Source of the DNA: a cyanobacterium endosymbiont of Rhopalodia gibba
GTDB taxonomy: Bacteria > Cyanobacteriota > Cyanobacteriia > Cyanobacteriales > Microcystaceae
Length of the DNA stretch: 64,000 nucleotides
NCBI GenBank assembly: GCA_045159875.1
Contig: CP067995.1
Coordinates: 2,432,001-2,496,000 of the forward strand
Reading direction: 5' to 3'
This document shows positions 22,609 to 35,504 of this stretch, piece after piece. Made by a program: the position numbers and the translations under genes. The notes below the pieces were generated by a model. It had not been told where the DNA came from. It made no database searches and saw only the letters and a list, made by a program, of their open reading frames with translations. Each line of letters begins with the position of its first letter. The stretch's first letter is position 1.

Positions 22609-23538
22609 TTAATTTTTACGGGTGACGATAAAGTTGGCGATCGCCCTTAAGGGGTCAGCCTTAGCTCCGTAGGGTATTAACTCAGTAATCGCTCCACTTA
22701 CTAAGTTTTGAGCTTGTCTTTTTGATTCTTCAAGGCCCCAAAGGCTTGGATAAGTGGCTTTTTGGTCTCGCAGATCTTTTCCAGATGTTTTCCCTAATTC
22801 TTCTTTGGTAGAGGTGATATCTAAGATATCATCAACAATTTGAAATGCTAAACCAATGTTTTGAGCATATTGAGATAATCGTTGCACTTCTTCTTCTGAA
22901 GCTCCGGCTAGAATAGCCCCTGACACCACTGATGTTTCTAATAAAGCTCCGGTCTTACGAGTATGAATAAACTTTAAAGTGTCAACGCTAATATCGTCTT
23001 GTCCTTCTGATTCTAAATCCAATACTTGACCGCCGACTAATCCAGCTGCCCCTACCGTGCGACCTAAACGGGCAAGAACAGTAATTAAATTGTGAGGAGC
23101 GACGTTACGCGTTTGGGTAGCTGCATATTCAAACGCATAGGCCAGTAAACCATCTCCAGCTAAAATTGCAATATCTTCCCCATAAACCTTGTGATTTGTT
23201 AATTTCCCTCGACGATAGTCGTCATCATCCATTGCTGGGAGATCATCATGAATCAAAGACATAGTGTGAATCATTTCTAAGGCACAGGCAGTAGGCAATG
23301 CTATTTCGTTAGTGCCACCCATCAACTCACAAGTGGTTAAGCAAAGAATTGGACGCAATCGCTTTCCTCCGGCTAGTAGCGAGTAGCGCATTGCCTCATA
23401 AATTTTTTGGGGACAAGTAATGGAAAGGGAACTATCTAATGCTGCTTCAACGAGTTGTTGTTTTTCGTTAAGATAGGACGCAAGGTCGAAATGTAATACT
23501 TCCCGTTGCGCCACACGGTTTTCGCCTGTTGTGACCAT
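22609..23538 (-). CDS. crtE: Geranylgeranyl diphosphate synthase
   Basis: [24 protein letters not shown] (FARM), FQIVDDILD (SARM); probable start 23538 (ORF track 23583). Confidence 0.93.
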   Translation of the reverse strand: MVTTGENRVAQREVLHFDLASYLNEKQQLVEAALDSSLSITCPQKIYEAMRYSLLAGGKRLRPILCLTTCELMGGTNEIALPTACALEMIHTMSLIHDDLPAMDDDDYRRGKLTNHKVYGEDIAILAGDGLLAYAFEYAATQTRNVAPHNLITVLARLGRTVGAAGLVGGQVLDLESEGQDDISVDTLKFIHTRKTGALLETSVVSGAILAGASEEEVQRLSQYAQNIGLAFQIVDDILDITSTKEELGKTSGKDLRDQKATYPSLWGLEESKRQAQNLVSGAITELIPYGAKADPLRAIANFIVTRKN

Positions 23539-23949
23539 GTCTAAATACCTTGAACCAAGCAACTTTTTTGATATTATCTTCATTCAGTTTACACTGAGAT
23601 CTTCTTACTCGACTTTAAGCAGCCATTTTTAACTGTCCTAGTCACAATGTTCTCATAGTTTATCTTATGCTTGAAAGAAGTGTGGTAAACAGCATCTACC
23701 TTTAGATAAAGTAAAAATGTGGTGCTATTTTTTTAGCAGCGAGGCGCGTGGAATATTTTCCAGTGTCTCTCACTCAATATAGTATTTTTGAGAATTCTGT
23801 ACTCAGAACAGCTATAGTAAACTCTCTCTAACAAGTTTTCTTTAACGTACAAAGCCTGCCAACTGCTGTCAGGCGCTCAGCCGGGGAATTTGAAAGAAAC
23901 TTTTAATGAACAATCTCTAAAAACCAGATAAACCTGATGAAGCAAGAAT

Positions 23950-24400
23950 CCCACAGGGAAAATACTGAATTGATCGAGGGAAAAATTTCTCGGTGTTGGA
24001 CATTACCTGTGTACTAAATAAATCTTTTTGTGAGGGATATCCAAGGCAGTTAGTCAACCACTGCGGTGATGATAAGCTTTTGTCTTGATTCAGTGTCAGT
24101 CCATCGACAGTCTGAGACTAACTTAACGGGAGGAACTCCAGGAAGTATAAAGGTGATGGTATAGCCTGTAATAATGAGTACGTATCACAATGCGTACTCA
24201 AAATGGGGTTTGCTAATGTTATGGAGCTGACCGATAACTTAGTATATTTGTTCTAAACTCTGTTGTTCAAGGGAAAGGGTGGGACTAATTCCAGCATGGA
24301 CTGACTAAACATTTCTTAGATTCAGAGGGGAAGGTAGGGGGTTCGTCCCCTAATCTTTTCTTGGGAAATATGGTGATTATAGCTTCGGACATAGATAGAA
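23950..24400 (-). pseudogene. Ser/Thr protein phosphatase-like metallophosphoesterase pseudogene (C-terminal part)
   Basis: VHAGISPTLSLEQQSLEQIY*V...ISKPHF...LIITGYTITFILPGVPPVKLV resembles VHAGV.P..PL..Q...KPYF..KLIITGHTITF.FPG..PGKL. Confidence 0.8.
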
Positions 24401-24699
24401 TAATCACCATATCAGACAAACTTAAAATTGATCAATCAGTGACCAGATATATTAAAAAATAAGGGGTTAAATTACTAACTTAAATACTCTAAAATTTAAT
24501 GAAAATTAACTTAAATAAATAACTCTTCGATACCAAATAATAATTAACTTTATAGCCTTTATCAACTCTTACTTTGTCAAAGCTCTCAAAGCACTAAATA
24601 AATAATTCAAGACTACCTAAAATTTTCTAAGTATAAATTTATTTATTCTACCTAATTGCCTGAGATTAAGGTGTTTATAGTCAATAACCAAATAAGTTT

Positions 24700-25050
24700 T
24701 TTAAATTAGAGAAGTGAATTTTCAATAGCATCATTTGATTTTATATTTGTCAATACTTTGACCTTTCCAAGCTATTTTAAACAAACGATTGCCCAGTTTT
24801 CCTTGATTTAATAAGTTTTCAGTAGACTGGCACTCTCGTTTTTGATTAAAACTTGTGTTTCTTGAGCCTTCTTATCATTAAACCTAATTTCTGGTTATGA
24901 GATAAATTGTTAAATATCAGTTCAAATGGCAAAGTTTTTTCTCCTTTTACCTTTTATTTCAATATTTTAGTTAGAGCGTGTCACCTTTTTTATCTATGAT
25001 TATAACCATTTGGAGAATTCCTCAGATTATTAAATCCGGCTTAATCTACA
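24700..25050 (-). mobile_element. Eroded IS630-family transposase C-terminus
   Basis: PQMVIIIDK...ENLLNQGKL...IAWKG resembles PKIIIILDN...KLLNEGELIINWG of a cyanobacterial IS630 subgroup. Confidence 0.4.
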
Positions 25051-25879
25051 TACACACTTTTCTTTTCAAGGATTTATTCTAATCTTTATTAAGAATATTT
25101 TTTTTTGTAATTTATATACGTATTAATATACGTAAGTTTTTCCTAACTATTTATAACCTCTAACATGTAGAATCTATCCTTTATTCAGAAAAATTATTGA
25201 CCTATAATTTGGCTATTTTTTTTAATTTTTATAATTATTTTTTTCTTAAAATTGAACTGTAAATTTTATTTATTTTTAATTTTAAAATTTTGTATTTTTT
25301 TATAAAGATTCAATTACTTTTGAGTGTAATTTTTAATAAATTAGAACTATAAGGGAAGGTATCAAAATAACTGAATAGTACTCACTCGACCATTTAATTA
25401 CTTCTTTTCTGAAAAAAAGACTGTCCTGACATTTTATATTAAGCATCATTTTCTTTGTGATTACCCTTTCGGAGCTACGATCAATTAAGTTTTCTAAGGA
25501 ATAAAGGGTGTCTTTTTAGTTAAGGGTGATCATATTTAGTAGTTTTAGTAGTATGTTCTAGTAACTATGAATCTAACCTATAATAATTCTGCGATGAGAT
25601 ACGAGAAATAATGACCATGGATGGATGAATCCTAACGAATGAAGAAGCAAGAAAAATAATAGGTCTTTTCCATAATTGAAATTCTCTTTACTTCCTCTTC
25701 AACAAAGGTTTAAGTCGACAATAGTGCCTCTACTTCTAAGTGTTTCCTCATTCTGGATAAATTTTTTAATCAAGGTTAATCTCATTACCTAGAGTGATTC
25801 CAGAACAGACACATATTTATCTGGTTTTTTCTAGATCCTTCGAATCTCTATCTATTTATTGCAAAGACTCTCAAAAGTA

Positions 25880-26800
25880 GGTCAAGTGAAATAGTAAAAA
25901 TTTTGTCATTTGGATTGGGTTGAAATTATCATTACTAATCAAGATCAATGCCTGACTTACATCAGTAAGTTGAGAGCCGAGAATTATTCCTTCAAGATTA
26001 TCTAATCTAATGTTCAATTGGCTTAAATTTAGCTATATTTTTTGGAGGAAGAGGTTAAATACTCCTAAATTTTATGTCAAACGAGTCACACTAAAGACAT
26101 CAAAAACATTAGCACCGATGAGGGTGAAGAGCTTGGCCCCATGACCAAACAAGCTAAAACATTATAAACTGAGCCAATTTCCTTCCTCAGTTAGAGCAAC
26201 TAGGTTGGTAAACTTATTGATAATGGTTAGCTTTTGGGAGTTAGTCAAGTAGATCAATATGTTCAGCAATAATTTGTTTGGTGTTTGGGCTGTATTTTGG
26301 TTTAAAGAAAATTTAGTAATGATAAATAGTTTAAGATAGCTATCTCTAAAAATGCTTATGCTACTAATCGTTAATGCTTCAAATTCCAACTTGTCGGCCA
26401 CACTGCGAGGACTACCATCAGATTTTTTTCCAGTAAAAAGCTGATGGGGAGCGGGAGAATTTGTTTAAGTTATCCAGTGTTGAAATTAAATTCTCCTATG
26501 AACGTATTAATTTATCACTTGGAAACTACTTCACTTGCAAATAAAGACTTTTCTCTTAGGAAACAAAGGAATTTTTTTAAACTCAATAGTTTGGTGTGGA
26601 TAGAGTTTTCTTGTTGATTTTTCAATACGGTGACATTTTCTAGCTTTATCCTTTCAATTGGATGGCTGCCTATTTCCAAGAAGGATAAAGACAATTATAT
26701 GGTATAAAATCGGGTGGATATGCTTTGTGAACGATCATCAGACAAAGCATAAAAGAAGCCGTTTGACAATCATTAAGTGACAGTTGATAATTAGCCTACA
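25880..26800 (-). pseudogene. Esterase-like activity of phytase family protein pseudogene
   Basis: FYALSDDRSQSISTRFYT; SVADKLEFEALTI; LVALTEEGNWLSL*; LDNLEGIILGSQLTDVSQALILISNDNFN...FLLFHL. Confidence 0.85.
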
Positions 26801-27270
26801 GTTTTTTTAAGAATTTGTTTTACAAGCAGTTTAAATAATATTTAAACTGAGACTAATGATCACGCTAGAAACATTCTACACTTTCTCACTCCTAAATTTT
26901 ATCAAGTCATCAATATTTTTTTTTGAAAAAATGTGGCTCTTCTAGACCGAGTATGATAGATTAGTGGCTAATAACCTCTAAAACTCTTGTTCTAACTGTA
27001 TTCTATAATTCCGATAACTTTGTATTGAATAATAATTAATTTTTTGGAATATTCGAAACCTTGTAAAGTAAAATTTTTAGATTTTTTGATTGTGATTTTG
27101 TCATGGCTAGTCTAGAAAACCCACAATTTTTACGTTAATTGACCGTAGCAATCTTAAATCATTTGTGAAATTCATGCTTGCTTTTCCCTTGAGATTTTTC
27201 TGACATCTAGTTCGATAATTGCTATATCAATTACTTTTTATCGTTAATCATCACTAGTTAATAGTATTTT

Positions 27271-28518
27271 ATGTTACACTTTTCACAAAAAATCAACAAA
27301 GTCTTCTTTTTAATTACTGTACTAATAACAGTCAAGAACCCGAATATTTGGATTCATTCATTACCGGTATTGGCTCAAGTTCAACAACTTGAACCTGACC
27401 CTTTAGCCACTCTCATCGATGATCCTCTTCTTCCTTCAGTTCCTCGTCCTCTCACTCCATTTGAACAGCGTAAACTGAGGGAAAAACTAAATACTTTAAA
27501 TGCTGAAGCTCAAACTCAATTGCACGCGGATAATGATAATGCAGCCTTCGAAATTTGGTATCGGGAATTGAGATTACGGAGAGTTTTAGGACGCTTAGAG
27601 GAGATTAAATCGTTAGGAAGAGTAGGAGAAATTGCTTGGAATCGGACACGGACTGAAGATGTCCAAGTTATTAACAAACGATTAGTTACTTTGCAAGAAT
27701 TATCCGAAAAAGAAGATTCTTTAAGTCCCGCTTTATTAATGGCATTAGCGGATGCTTATAAAAAACTACATGCTCTAGACAATTCCTTAGCTATCTATCA
27801 AAAAGTATTCAATAATGCCCGTAAAAATAATGACTCCATCGCTGAAGAAGTTGCTATCAGAGAGTTAGGTCAATTGTATTTAGCTAAATTTGACTATCCC
27901 AAAGCTGCTCCCATTTATGAAGATTTACTCAACCGCGCCCAAACTAGACAGAATATCTTAGAAGAAGGAGCATATTTGCAAATATTAGCTGAGATTTATG
28001 GACGATCTTTACAACCAGAAAATGCAGCTAGAATCAAACAGAAGTTAGTTAAAAATTATCTATCAAGTCAAGAATTAGAGTTAATTCCTTCTCTCAAAAC
28101 CGCCATAGGAAAAGATTACGAAATTTTAGGGAAACCAGAAATTGCAAGTCAAAACTATCAGGAAGCTTACTCATTAGCTTGGTCATTCCAATTATTTGGA
28201 GCAGCAGCAGAAGCGTTAACACAATTAGGAAAACTTTATCAGAAATATGATCAAAATGACTATGCTTTACAGATTTATAAAAATTTAATTCAAGTAGAGC
28301 AATTATCCTATAATTATTATGGATTAATGAGAGTCTATGAGAGAATTGGCCAGATTTACATGGTTAGTCAACAATATGAATTAGCTTTAGATTTTTTTAA
28401 AAAAGGATTAATTTTAGCCAAATCTCTTAATTATAAACAAAATGACTTTTTAGCTTATATACGAAAAGTTAATACAAGAATGGAGGGAAAAGAAATTAAA
28501 AAAGAAGTTAGTCCTTAA
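27271..28518 (+). CDS. Tetratricopeptide repeat protein with N-terminal export-like segment
   Basis: Repeated LGQLY/LGKLY/IGQIY...A...Y helices; VLAQ signal-like cleavage region. Confidence 0.8.
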   Translation: MLHFSQKINKVFFLITVLITVKNPNIWIHSLPVLAQVQQLEPDPLATLIDDPLLPSVPRPLTPFEQRKLREKLNTLNAEAQTQLHADNDNAAFEIWYRELRLRRVLGRLEEIKSLGRVGEIAWNRTRTEDVQVINKRLVTLQELSEKEDSLSPALLMALADAYKKLHALDNSLAIYQKVFNNARKNNDSIAEEVAIRELGQLYLAKFDYPKAAPIYEDLLNRAQTRQNILEEGAYLQILAEIYGRSLQPENAARIKQKLVKNYLSSQELELIPSLKTAIGKDYEILGKPEIASQNYQEAYSLAWSFQLFGAAAEALTQLGKLYQKYDQNDYALQIYKNLIQVEQLSYNYYGLMRVYERIGQIYMVSQQYELALDFFKKGLILAKSLNYKQNDFLAYIRKVNTRMEGKEIKKEVSP

Positions 28519-28534
28519 CCAAAAGGATAGCCCT

Positions 28535-28557
28535 AATATCTATTGGGAATAGATATT
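28535..28557. terminator. Hairpin between convergent TPR gene and mnmH
   Basis: aatatctatt-ggg-aatagatatt, followed by T-rich sequence on the + strand. Confidence 0.4.
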
Positions 28558-28601
28558 TCGCGTTTTTTAGCAGTTTGAAAACTTTTAATTACTTTTTTAC
28601 C

Positions 28602-29648
28602 TCATAGACTTTCTAACACTTTTTCTATCTTTACAGAGTTATACTCAGAAAAAGAAATTACTTTTTCAAATCTATTATAAGTTTTACTTAGAGATTTGCG
28701 ATAGGCAGGGTCATAGTGAGTTATCAGTAAGTCTTGTACTAAATTAAACCAATTTTTTTGATCAATCCATCTAAACCAATCATCTATTTTTTCTTTACCA
28801 TAACGAGATTTAAGATGAGTTAGTCTATTTTTTAGAATGTCAGGGTAGGTGATTAAATAAGTGTATTCTCGTATTAAAAAATTAACTCTTTCGGGCAGAG
28901 GAAGTTGTACTTCAAAACAGGGGGATTCTTTCATTTTATACCAAAGTTTTGACGGTAAATATACTTCACCAACTTTGTAACTTTCTGATTCAACCCATAT
29001 ATATTTAGTAATATCAAAGCTTTTAAATTGTTGCAATAAAAGTGAATCAAAATATTTTTGTGAAGGCTGATAATCTATTTGTTTACCCCATTCTTTTCCT
29101 AAAAGTGAACCTCGATGATTTGCTATCTTTTCTAAATCTAAAACTTGATATCCTTGTTTGGAAAGCTGATGTAATAAATTGGTTTTGCCAGTTCCTGTTA
29201 ATCCACAAAGGATATTATAATTGAACTTTAACGGTAATATTCCTAATTTTTCTCGTACATATTGACGATAAGTTTTATAGCCTCCTTCTAATACCTTAAC
29301 TTGCCAACCAATTTGGCTTAAAATAATAGCTAAACTATTTGATCGTTGACCTCCTCGCCAACAATAAATTAAAGGAACATAGTTTTTATCTTTTTCTGAA
29401 AAGTATTTTTCTAAAAAGTAACTAATATTTTTTGTAACTAGTGAAGCCCCAACTTTGCGAGCTTCAAATGGAGAAATATGTTTATAAATTATCCCAACTT
29501 TTGCCCTTTCCTTATTATTAAGAACGGGTAAGTTAATAGCTCCAGGAATATGATCTTCCATAAACTCATTTTCAGAACGGACATCAATAATTTCACTGCA
29601 ATCATCTTTCTCACTAATTTGATTAACAAAATGAGGCGACCTTATCAT
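28602..29648 (-). CDS. mnmH: tRNA 2-selenouridine(34) synthase MnmH/SelU
   Basis: Rhodanese IIDVRSENEF..DHIPGAINLP, YCWRGGQRS, P-loop GLTGTGKT, DLEKIANHRGS, VESES, HYDPAY. Confidence 0.93.
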   Translation of the reverse strand: MIRSPHFVNQISEKDDCSEIIDVRSENEFMEDHIPGAINLPVLNNKERAKVGIIYKHISPFEARKVGASLVTKNISYFLEKYFSEKDKNYVPLIYCWRGGQRSNSLAIILSQIGWQVKVLEGGYKTYRQYVREKLGILPLKFNYNILCGLTGTGKTNLLHQLSKQGYQVLDLEKIANHRGSLLGKEWGKQIDYQPSQKYFDSLLLQQFKSFDITKYIWVESESYKVGEVYLPSKLWYKMKESPCFEVQLPLPERVNFLIREYTYLITYPDILKNRLTHLKSRYGKEKIDDWFRWIDQKNWFNLVQDLLITHYDPAYRKSLSKTYNRFEKVISFSEYNSVKIEKVLESL

Positions 29649-29799
29649 AATCTAGTTTGATTTACTATCAATTTATAAAAATTAAATTTATAAGAGGTAA
29701 TTTTATGAAAAATTTACGGTTAATATCTTAATATTAATACATATAGTTTACTAGGGAAAATACATAAAAAAACTCAAATTTTTTAAAAATTAAGTACCC

Positions 29800-30260
29800 T
29801 CCATGGCGAAACTACTATCGACTGTATGACCTTCATCTTTTAACAATTAGATTGTAGCATCATTAAGTCATTTTTTAAAGTTAATTTGCTTGAGGAACGA
29901 TTGACAATGAATACAAATTACATTAGTTGTCTCTACAACACGCATTAAATGATCAATAACACTCATGATCATTTTCAATATTGATGGTACTAATAGGACG
30001 TTTTCCTTGACTTATTTTCAACAACTAAGGTTTCCTGATCTTCATTGTCAGAGCAGAAGTTATGAAACTAAGTACCTGTTTTTCAGGACCAATACCATTG
30101 TTTTTTATTCAATTAATAAGTATTTGTAACTTTGAGTTTAGCTGTTCAATCATTCATTTGATAACCTAATAAAATTCTAGCTATTGAAACAGTTAAGACA
30201 CGACTATCACTAAATTTCAAGGTAGTCTAAGTATTAAAAACCGTATTTTCACAAAGATCT
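29800..30260 (+). mobile_element. Eroded IS630 (Tc1/ISY100-like) transposase
   Basis: QITLVVSTTRIK*SITLMIIFNIDGTNRTFSLTYFQQLRFPDLH resembles NITLIGAISL.GLIA.MTF.GGTN...FLTYVQQVLVPNLW. Confidence 0.55.
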
Positions 30261-32224
30261 ATAGATGAAATAGTAAGTTACTTACGTATTTTCACTAGGT
30301 TGAGATAAAAGTTGAGGCAAAGTATTTTTTTGAGAAAATTATTTTCTATTAATTTATTTTTTTATTTAATTAACCAAAATTTTATATATTAAACGAATAA
30401 TATTAACTTTAATAAAAAAAGTATGGATTATTTACATAAATCTTTTTTAGAAGTAAACCTATAATTGATTATTATATATGCTACCAATGTTATTGGTAAT
30501 TTTCTCCTTATAAAAGGACTCTCATCAACTTTATAAAAAATTCTTAGACTGGAGGAAAACTTCTGTAAGTTTTTTTGCAAAGATAAAGTAATTATACAAA
30601 TGTTCATCAAGAATGATAACTTATATACTAGTTTAATAGCAGCTTACAAAGCTAGTTTAAGAGAAATTAAGCAGTACTTTTCTAGAAGAACTTTTTCTTA
30701 ATAGTGAGAAGTAATGTTACTTTTTCTATTATTAAGTTCAGTAAATTAATATAAATCCTCTATTTTTTAGATTACTAATGTAAGGGAAAGTACCCATTAG
30801 AGTAAATTCAGTGATTACTGATGTCCTAATTAAATTCACTTTCTATTTTAATATTTATAAGCCTGTCCAGTATAATAAATATTATTGAAAAGTCTATAGT
30901 GACTTTTCAATAAAAAAAGTTTTAAAAAAAAATCAATAATAGTATCTTGATTTATAAAATTAATTATTTTAGTTTTAAAGCAATAAATAAGAGTAAATAT
31001 CTTATAAGTTTTATTAATGGTTTAAGAGAAAATTTAGTTACCTTTAGTTAAATTAAAAGAAGGGATATAAAATTCTAATAAATTAGACAGTTTTTATTCT
31101 GAAAATACTCATTGCTAATTGTTTCACTACAATCACCTTTCATGCAATCTCCATATCTACTAATGTAATGTTAGATAATCTGTTTCTCGTTTATGTCGAA
31201 GCAATAGACATGACGGGACAATCTACTAATGATAGTACGGCTTCTAGTATCTATATGACTGCTTATAAGGCACAAATCAAAGAAACCCCTAAAAAATCTT
31301 GATTGTTCCCATCGTCAACGCATCTTGAATATTAAATTGAAATTGGTTGTGAGTATCATATAATAAAATTTTCATAAATCAATAGTTATTTTACTTTTTT
31401 TATATAAAAAAGTGATGTTATACTTCGCTTAATTTTTTATCCCATAAAATGATTAACATATGAATTGCAGCATTACAGTGCAGTTTTATGCATATTTCTC
31501 TAATAAAGGCAATTATTCTTGAGACAATTTATACTGTTGTTTATTATTATCTGATAATACAAAAATTAGCTTAACTGGGTTATGCTATTAACTAATCTAT
31601 TTTACCAGAACTTGCTATTGCTTCTATTTTAAACATCAATATATTTGTTAGAGCGTTGATTTATTACCCTTTTAAATTAATTTAATTAGAATATGATTCT
31701 CTTTGGAAGAAATGTCGCAATTTAAATTATTCTCTTTTTTTTTACTGTTTATTACATAAAAAAGATCTACTAATTATTAGTCTAACTACTAAAATTAGGA
31801 TTGAAAGTACCAGTGTTGCTAACAATTATTACTAATTTAAAACTCTTGAAGCCATACTAGTTCTATCTTTATTAACCACCCTAGCAACAGCGTATTAGTA
31901 GGACTGCATCATTTAACAGTAATAGTTGAGGTAGTAATTAGGGATGCCAGTATCAGCGAAATATATCTAAGTTGTTTTTATTGCGCCCAGGTTGTTTATA
32001 ATAGCGTTGCTGTTTAGTCTTCGACATCGCTTACTTACTCAGTCCATTTTAGGAACTTTAAATTCTTAGGAGGAATTGATTATCCATTTTTGATAATTAT
32101 TGTATAGATTATAAGATATTTATCTTTAAAATCTCTAGTTTTGGATATTTTATTAAATTAATATAAGATGACGAAGTGTCTGTCTTCAGTTAACATTAGG
32201 TTTGAATTTTAAAGAGTAAATTAC

Positions 32225-33151
32225 ATGAGAATCCTAGTGACAGGCGGTGCTGGTTTTATCGGCTCCCATTTAATTGATCTCCTGATGGAACAGGGACACG
32301 ATGTCCTGTGCTTAGATAACTTCTATACAGGTCATAAACGCAATATTGAGAAGTGGTTTGATAGTCCCTATTTTGAACTGATCCGTCATGATATTACTGA
32401 ACCCATTCGTCTTGAAGTCGATCAAGTTTATCATCTTGCCTGTCCAGCCTCTCCAATTCACTATCAATTTAATCCCGTTAAAACGATTAAAACTAATGTT
32501 CTAGGAACCTTGTATATGTTGGGTTTAGCTAAACGGGTTAAGGCAAGGTTCCTATTAGCGTCTACCTCGGAAGTTTATGGAGATCCTGATGTGCATCCAC
32601 AACCTGAAGAATATAGAGGCAATGTTAACTGTACAGGGTTGCGAGCTTGTTATGATGAAGGAAAACGGGTCGCTGAAACCTTGGCTTTTGAATATCATCG
32701 AGAACATAAAGTTGATATTCGGGTTGCGCGGATTTTCAACACTTACGGGCCACGAATGCTAGAAAATGACGGTCGTGTTGTTAGTAATTTTATCGTTCAA
32801 GCCCTAGAGAAAAAACCTCTGACAGTTTATGGAGATGGCTCTCAAACCCGGAGTTTCTGCTATGTTTCCGACTTAGTTGAAGGTTTAATTGGACTTATGA
32901 ATAATGATTATATTGGCCCAATCAATTTAGGTAATCCTGCGGAATATTCTGTTCTAGAACTTGCCCAGATTATCCGAAGAATGATTAATCCTGATATGGA
33001 ATTAGTCTATAAAGCTTTACCTCAAGACGATCCCCGAAAACGGCAACCTGATATTACCAAGGCCAACATCTACCTAGGTTGGGACCCCAAAATTTCTTTA
33101 AAAGAAGGTTTAGAGTTAACTATCAGAGATTTCCAGCAGCGAATTTATTAA
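32225..33151 (+). CDS. UDP-glucuronate decarboxylase (UDP-xylose synthase-like extended SDR)
   Basis: [43 protein letters not shown]...DGRVVSNF. Confidence 0.93.
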   Translation: MRILVTGGAGFIGSHLIDLLMEQGHDVLCLDNFYTGHKRNIEKWFDSPYFELIRHDITEPIRLEVDQVYHLACPASPIHYQFNPVKTIKTNVLGTLYMLGLAKRVKARFLLASTSEVYGDPDVHPQPEEYRGNVNCTGLRACYDEGKRVAETLAFEYHREHKVDIRVARIFNTYGPRMLENDGRVVSNFIVQALEKKPLTVYGDGSQTRSFCYVSDLVEGLIGLMNNDYIGPINLGNPAEYSVLELAQIIRRMINPDMELVYKALPQDDPRKRQPDITKANIYLGWDPKISLKEGLELTIRDFQQRIY

Positions 33152-33195
33152 ACAATTATTGACATTTAAATCATTAATTTAGAGGATGAAAAATA

Positions 33196-34542
33196 ATGCG
33201 TGTTTGTGTCATTGGAACTGGTTATGTTGGGCTGGTAACAGGAGTTTGTTTAGCCCATATTGGTCATAATGTTATTTGTGTTGACAACAACGAAGAAAAA
33301 GTTAAGTTAATGAAGTCAGGACAGTCCCCCATTTATGAGCCGGGACTTTCGCAATTGATGCACGAATCAGCTGATGTCGGACGGTTAGAATTTACAGTAG
33401 ATTTGGCCACAGGGGTAGCCCACGGAGAAGTTCTTTTTATTGCAGTGGGAACCCCTGCTCTACCTACCGGCGAAAGCGATACTCGTTATGTGGAAGCGGT
33501 TGCTCGTAGTATTGGCACTAACTTATATCAAGGATACAAAGTAATTGTCAATAAATCTACTGTTCCCATTGGTTCAGGGGACTGGGTAAGAATGATTGTG
33601 ATGGATGGCTTAAACGAACGCCCCAATAATGGTCAAGTCGAATTTGATGTGGTTAGTAACCCAGAGTTTTTACGAGAAGGGTCAGCCGTTTATGATACTT
33701 TCAATCCTGAGCGCATTGTTTTAGGGAGCAATAGCAATAAAGCCATTGCCATGATGAAAGAACTCTATAGTCCTTTAGTAGAGCGTAAATTTACTAATAA
33801 TACCGCCTTAAATCCTGTTCCAGTGGTGGTAACTGATTTGAACTCTGCAGAAATGATTAAATATGCGGCAAACGCATTTTTAGCAACAAAAATCAGCTTT
33901 ATTAACGAAGTGGCTAATATCTGTGATCGCGTCGGAGCCGATGTAACTCAAGTAGCTAAAGGGATTGGATTGGATTCCCGTATAGGTAATAAATGCTTGC
34001 AGGCAGGTATTGGTTGGGGAGGCTCTTGTTTCCCAAAAGACATTCTAGCTTTAATTCATACTGCAACCGATTATGGTTATGAGACAGAATTACTCAATGC
34101 TGCCGTAGCTGTTAATAAACATCAGCAATTAATTGTTATTGAAAAGCTACAGCAGGAACTGAAGATTCTTAAAGGTAAAACCATTGGCTTGTTGGGGTTG
34201 ACTTTTAAACCTAATACTGATGATATGCGAGATGCTCCATCTTTAGTTATCATTGAACAACTGAATCGTTTAGGGGCTAAAGTTAAAGCTTATGATCCGA
34301 TTGTTTCACAATCAGGGTTAAGTCATGGATTATCAGGAGTTATCATTGAAACCGACCCCGAAATGTTAGCCGACAGCTGCGATGCATTAGTGTTAATAAC
34401 AGACTGGCAAGAGTTTCTTAAATTAGACTTTGAAAGAATGGCTAGTTTGATGCTTAGTCCTGTGATAATTGACGGTCGTAACTTCTTAGATCGACCTAAA
34501 CTTGAATTTTTTGGCTTCCGTTATTTAGGAATTGGTCGGTAA
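33196..34542 (+). CDS. ugd: UDP-glucose 6-dehydrogenase
   Basis: IGTGYVGL, NKSTVP, SNPEFLREG, AEMIKYAAN, GGSCFPKD (catalytic Cys), FKPNTDDMR. Confidence 0.94.
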   Translation: MRVCVIGTGYVGLVTGVCLAHIGHNVICVDNNEEKVKLMKSGQSPIYEPGLSQLMHESADVGRLEFTVDLATGVAHGEVLFIAVGTPALPTGESDTRYVEAVARSIGTNLYQGYKVIVNKSTVPIGSGDWVRMIVMDGLNERPNNGQVEFDVVSNPEFLREGSAVYDTFNPERIVLGSNSNKAIAMMKELYSPLVERKFTNNTALNPVPVVVTDLNSAEMIKYAANAFLATKISFINEVANICDRVGADVTQVAKGIGLDSRIGNKCLQAGIGWGGSCFPKDILALIHTATDYGYETELLNAAVAVNKHQQLIVIEKLQQELKILKGKTIGLLGLTFKPNTDDMRDAPSLVIIEQLNRLGAKVKAYDPIVSQSGLSHGLSGVIIETDPEMLADSCDALVLITDWQEFLKLDFERMASLMLSPVIIDGRNFLDRPKLEFFGFRYLGIGR

Positions 34543-34638
34543 TTGGTAAAGAAAGCTCGTCACTGACCATTAATTAGTATTCTAACGATGGATTGATCAA
34601 TAGAGCAAGGTCTACCCGAAAAAAGATTATCTATTTAG

Positions 34639-35319
34639 CTAGGGTAAACACCATTTTTCAGGTTCAAATTCTTCTAAGGAATTGAGGACTTGATCAGCCT
34701 GGTAAAATAATTGACAATCACTCGTTTTCTCAGGAACTACTACCGTCGACATTCCTGCCGCAATTGCAGCTTTCATTCCTGCCAAAGAGTCTTCAAACAC
34801 TAAACAATCACGGGGCTCTGCCTCCAATCTTTGTGCTGTTAACAGGAAAATATCAGGGGCAGGTTTACTTTGTTTTAAATCAGGATCATCCCCGAAAACA
34901 AAGTGGTCAAAACAGGATACCCAAGAAGGATAAGACGACATTTTTAACTCAAAATGATACCGAATAGAACTCGAGGCAATAGCCTGGGGAATACCTTGTC
35001 TAGCAAAATGCTGAGTTAATTCCTTTGCACCTGGAAGAGGTTTGACAGTGGCATAGAGTGGATAGAGGAGGGCATAACGTTCTTTTATGTACTCTTCGGG
35101 AGTCAGGGGAATATCGAGTAATTCTACAAACAATTGTGCTGACTCTTGAGTGCGGCGGCCAGCCATTTTTACTTTAACTGAGGGATCAAAAGTTTTTCCA
35201 TAGCGTTGGGCAATAATTTGGTTTACCTTTTGGTAAAGAGTTTCTGTCCCTAAGAGTAGTCCGTCCAGATCGTAAATTAAATGGGTGATAGGTTTGAAAG
35301 AACGGGATGAGTAATTCAT
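34639..35319 (-). CDS. HAD-IA family hydrolase (HDHD1/pseudouridine-5'-phosphatase-like)
   Basis: YDLDGLLL (DxD), IASSS, KPAPDIFL, VFEDSLAG..AA.AAGM. Confidence 0.88.
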   Translation of the reverse strand: MNYSSRSFKPITHLIYDLDGLLLGTETLYQKVNQIIAQRYGKTFDPSVKVKMAGRRTQESAQLFVELLDIPLTPEEYIKERYALLYPLYATVKPLPGAKELTQHFARQGIPQAIASSSIRYHFELKMSSYPSWVSCFDHFVFGDDPDLKQSKPAPDIFLLTAQRLEAEPRDCLVFEDSLAGMKAAIAAGMSTVVVPEKTSDCQLFYQADQVLNSLEEFEPEKWCLP

Positions 35320-35504
35320 AATAAACTGCTTATCTTAGTCATTCAATGGCAACAATTTAAATCCCTAGTTTTTTTATTCTCGAAAAAGTGTCGAAACTTC
35401 TAGATCATACCATTCTGGTTAAAGTTGTTAAGTTTTTTAAAAAGCCGAAATGAAAAGAAATATTTATTTGTAATCCGTTATCATGCCTTAATAAGTAGTG
35501 AATT

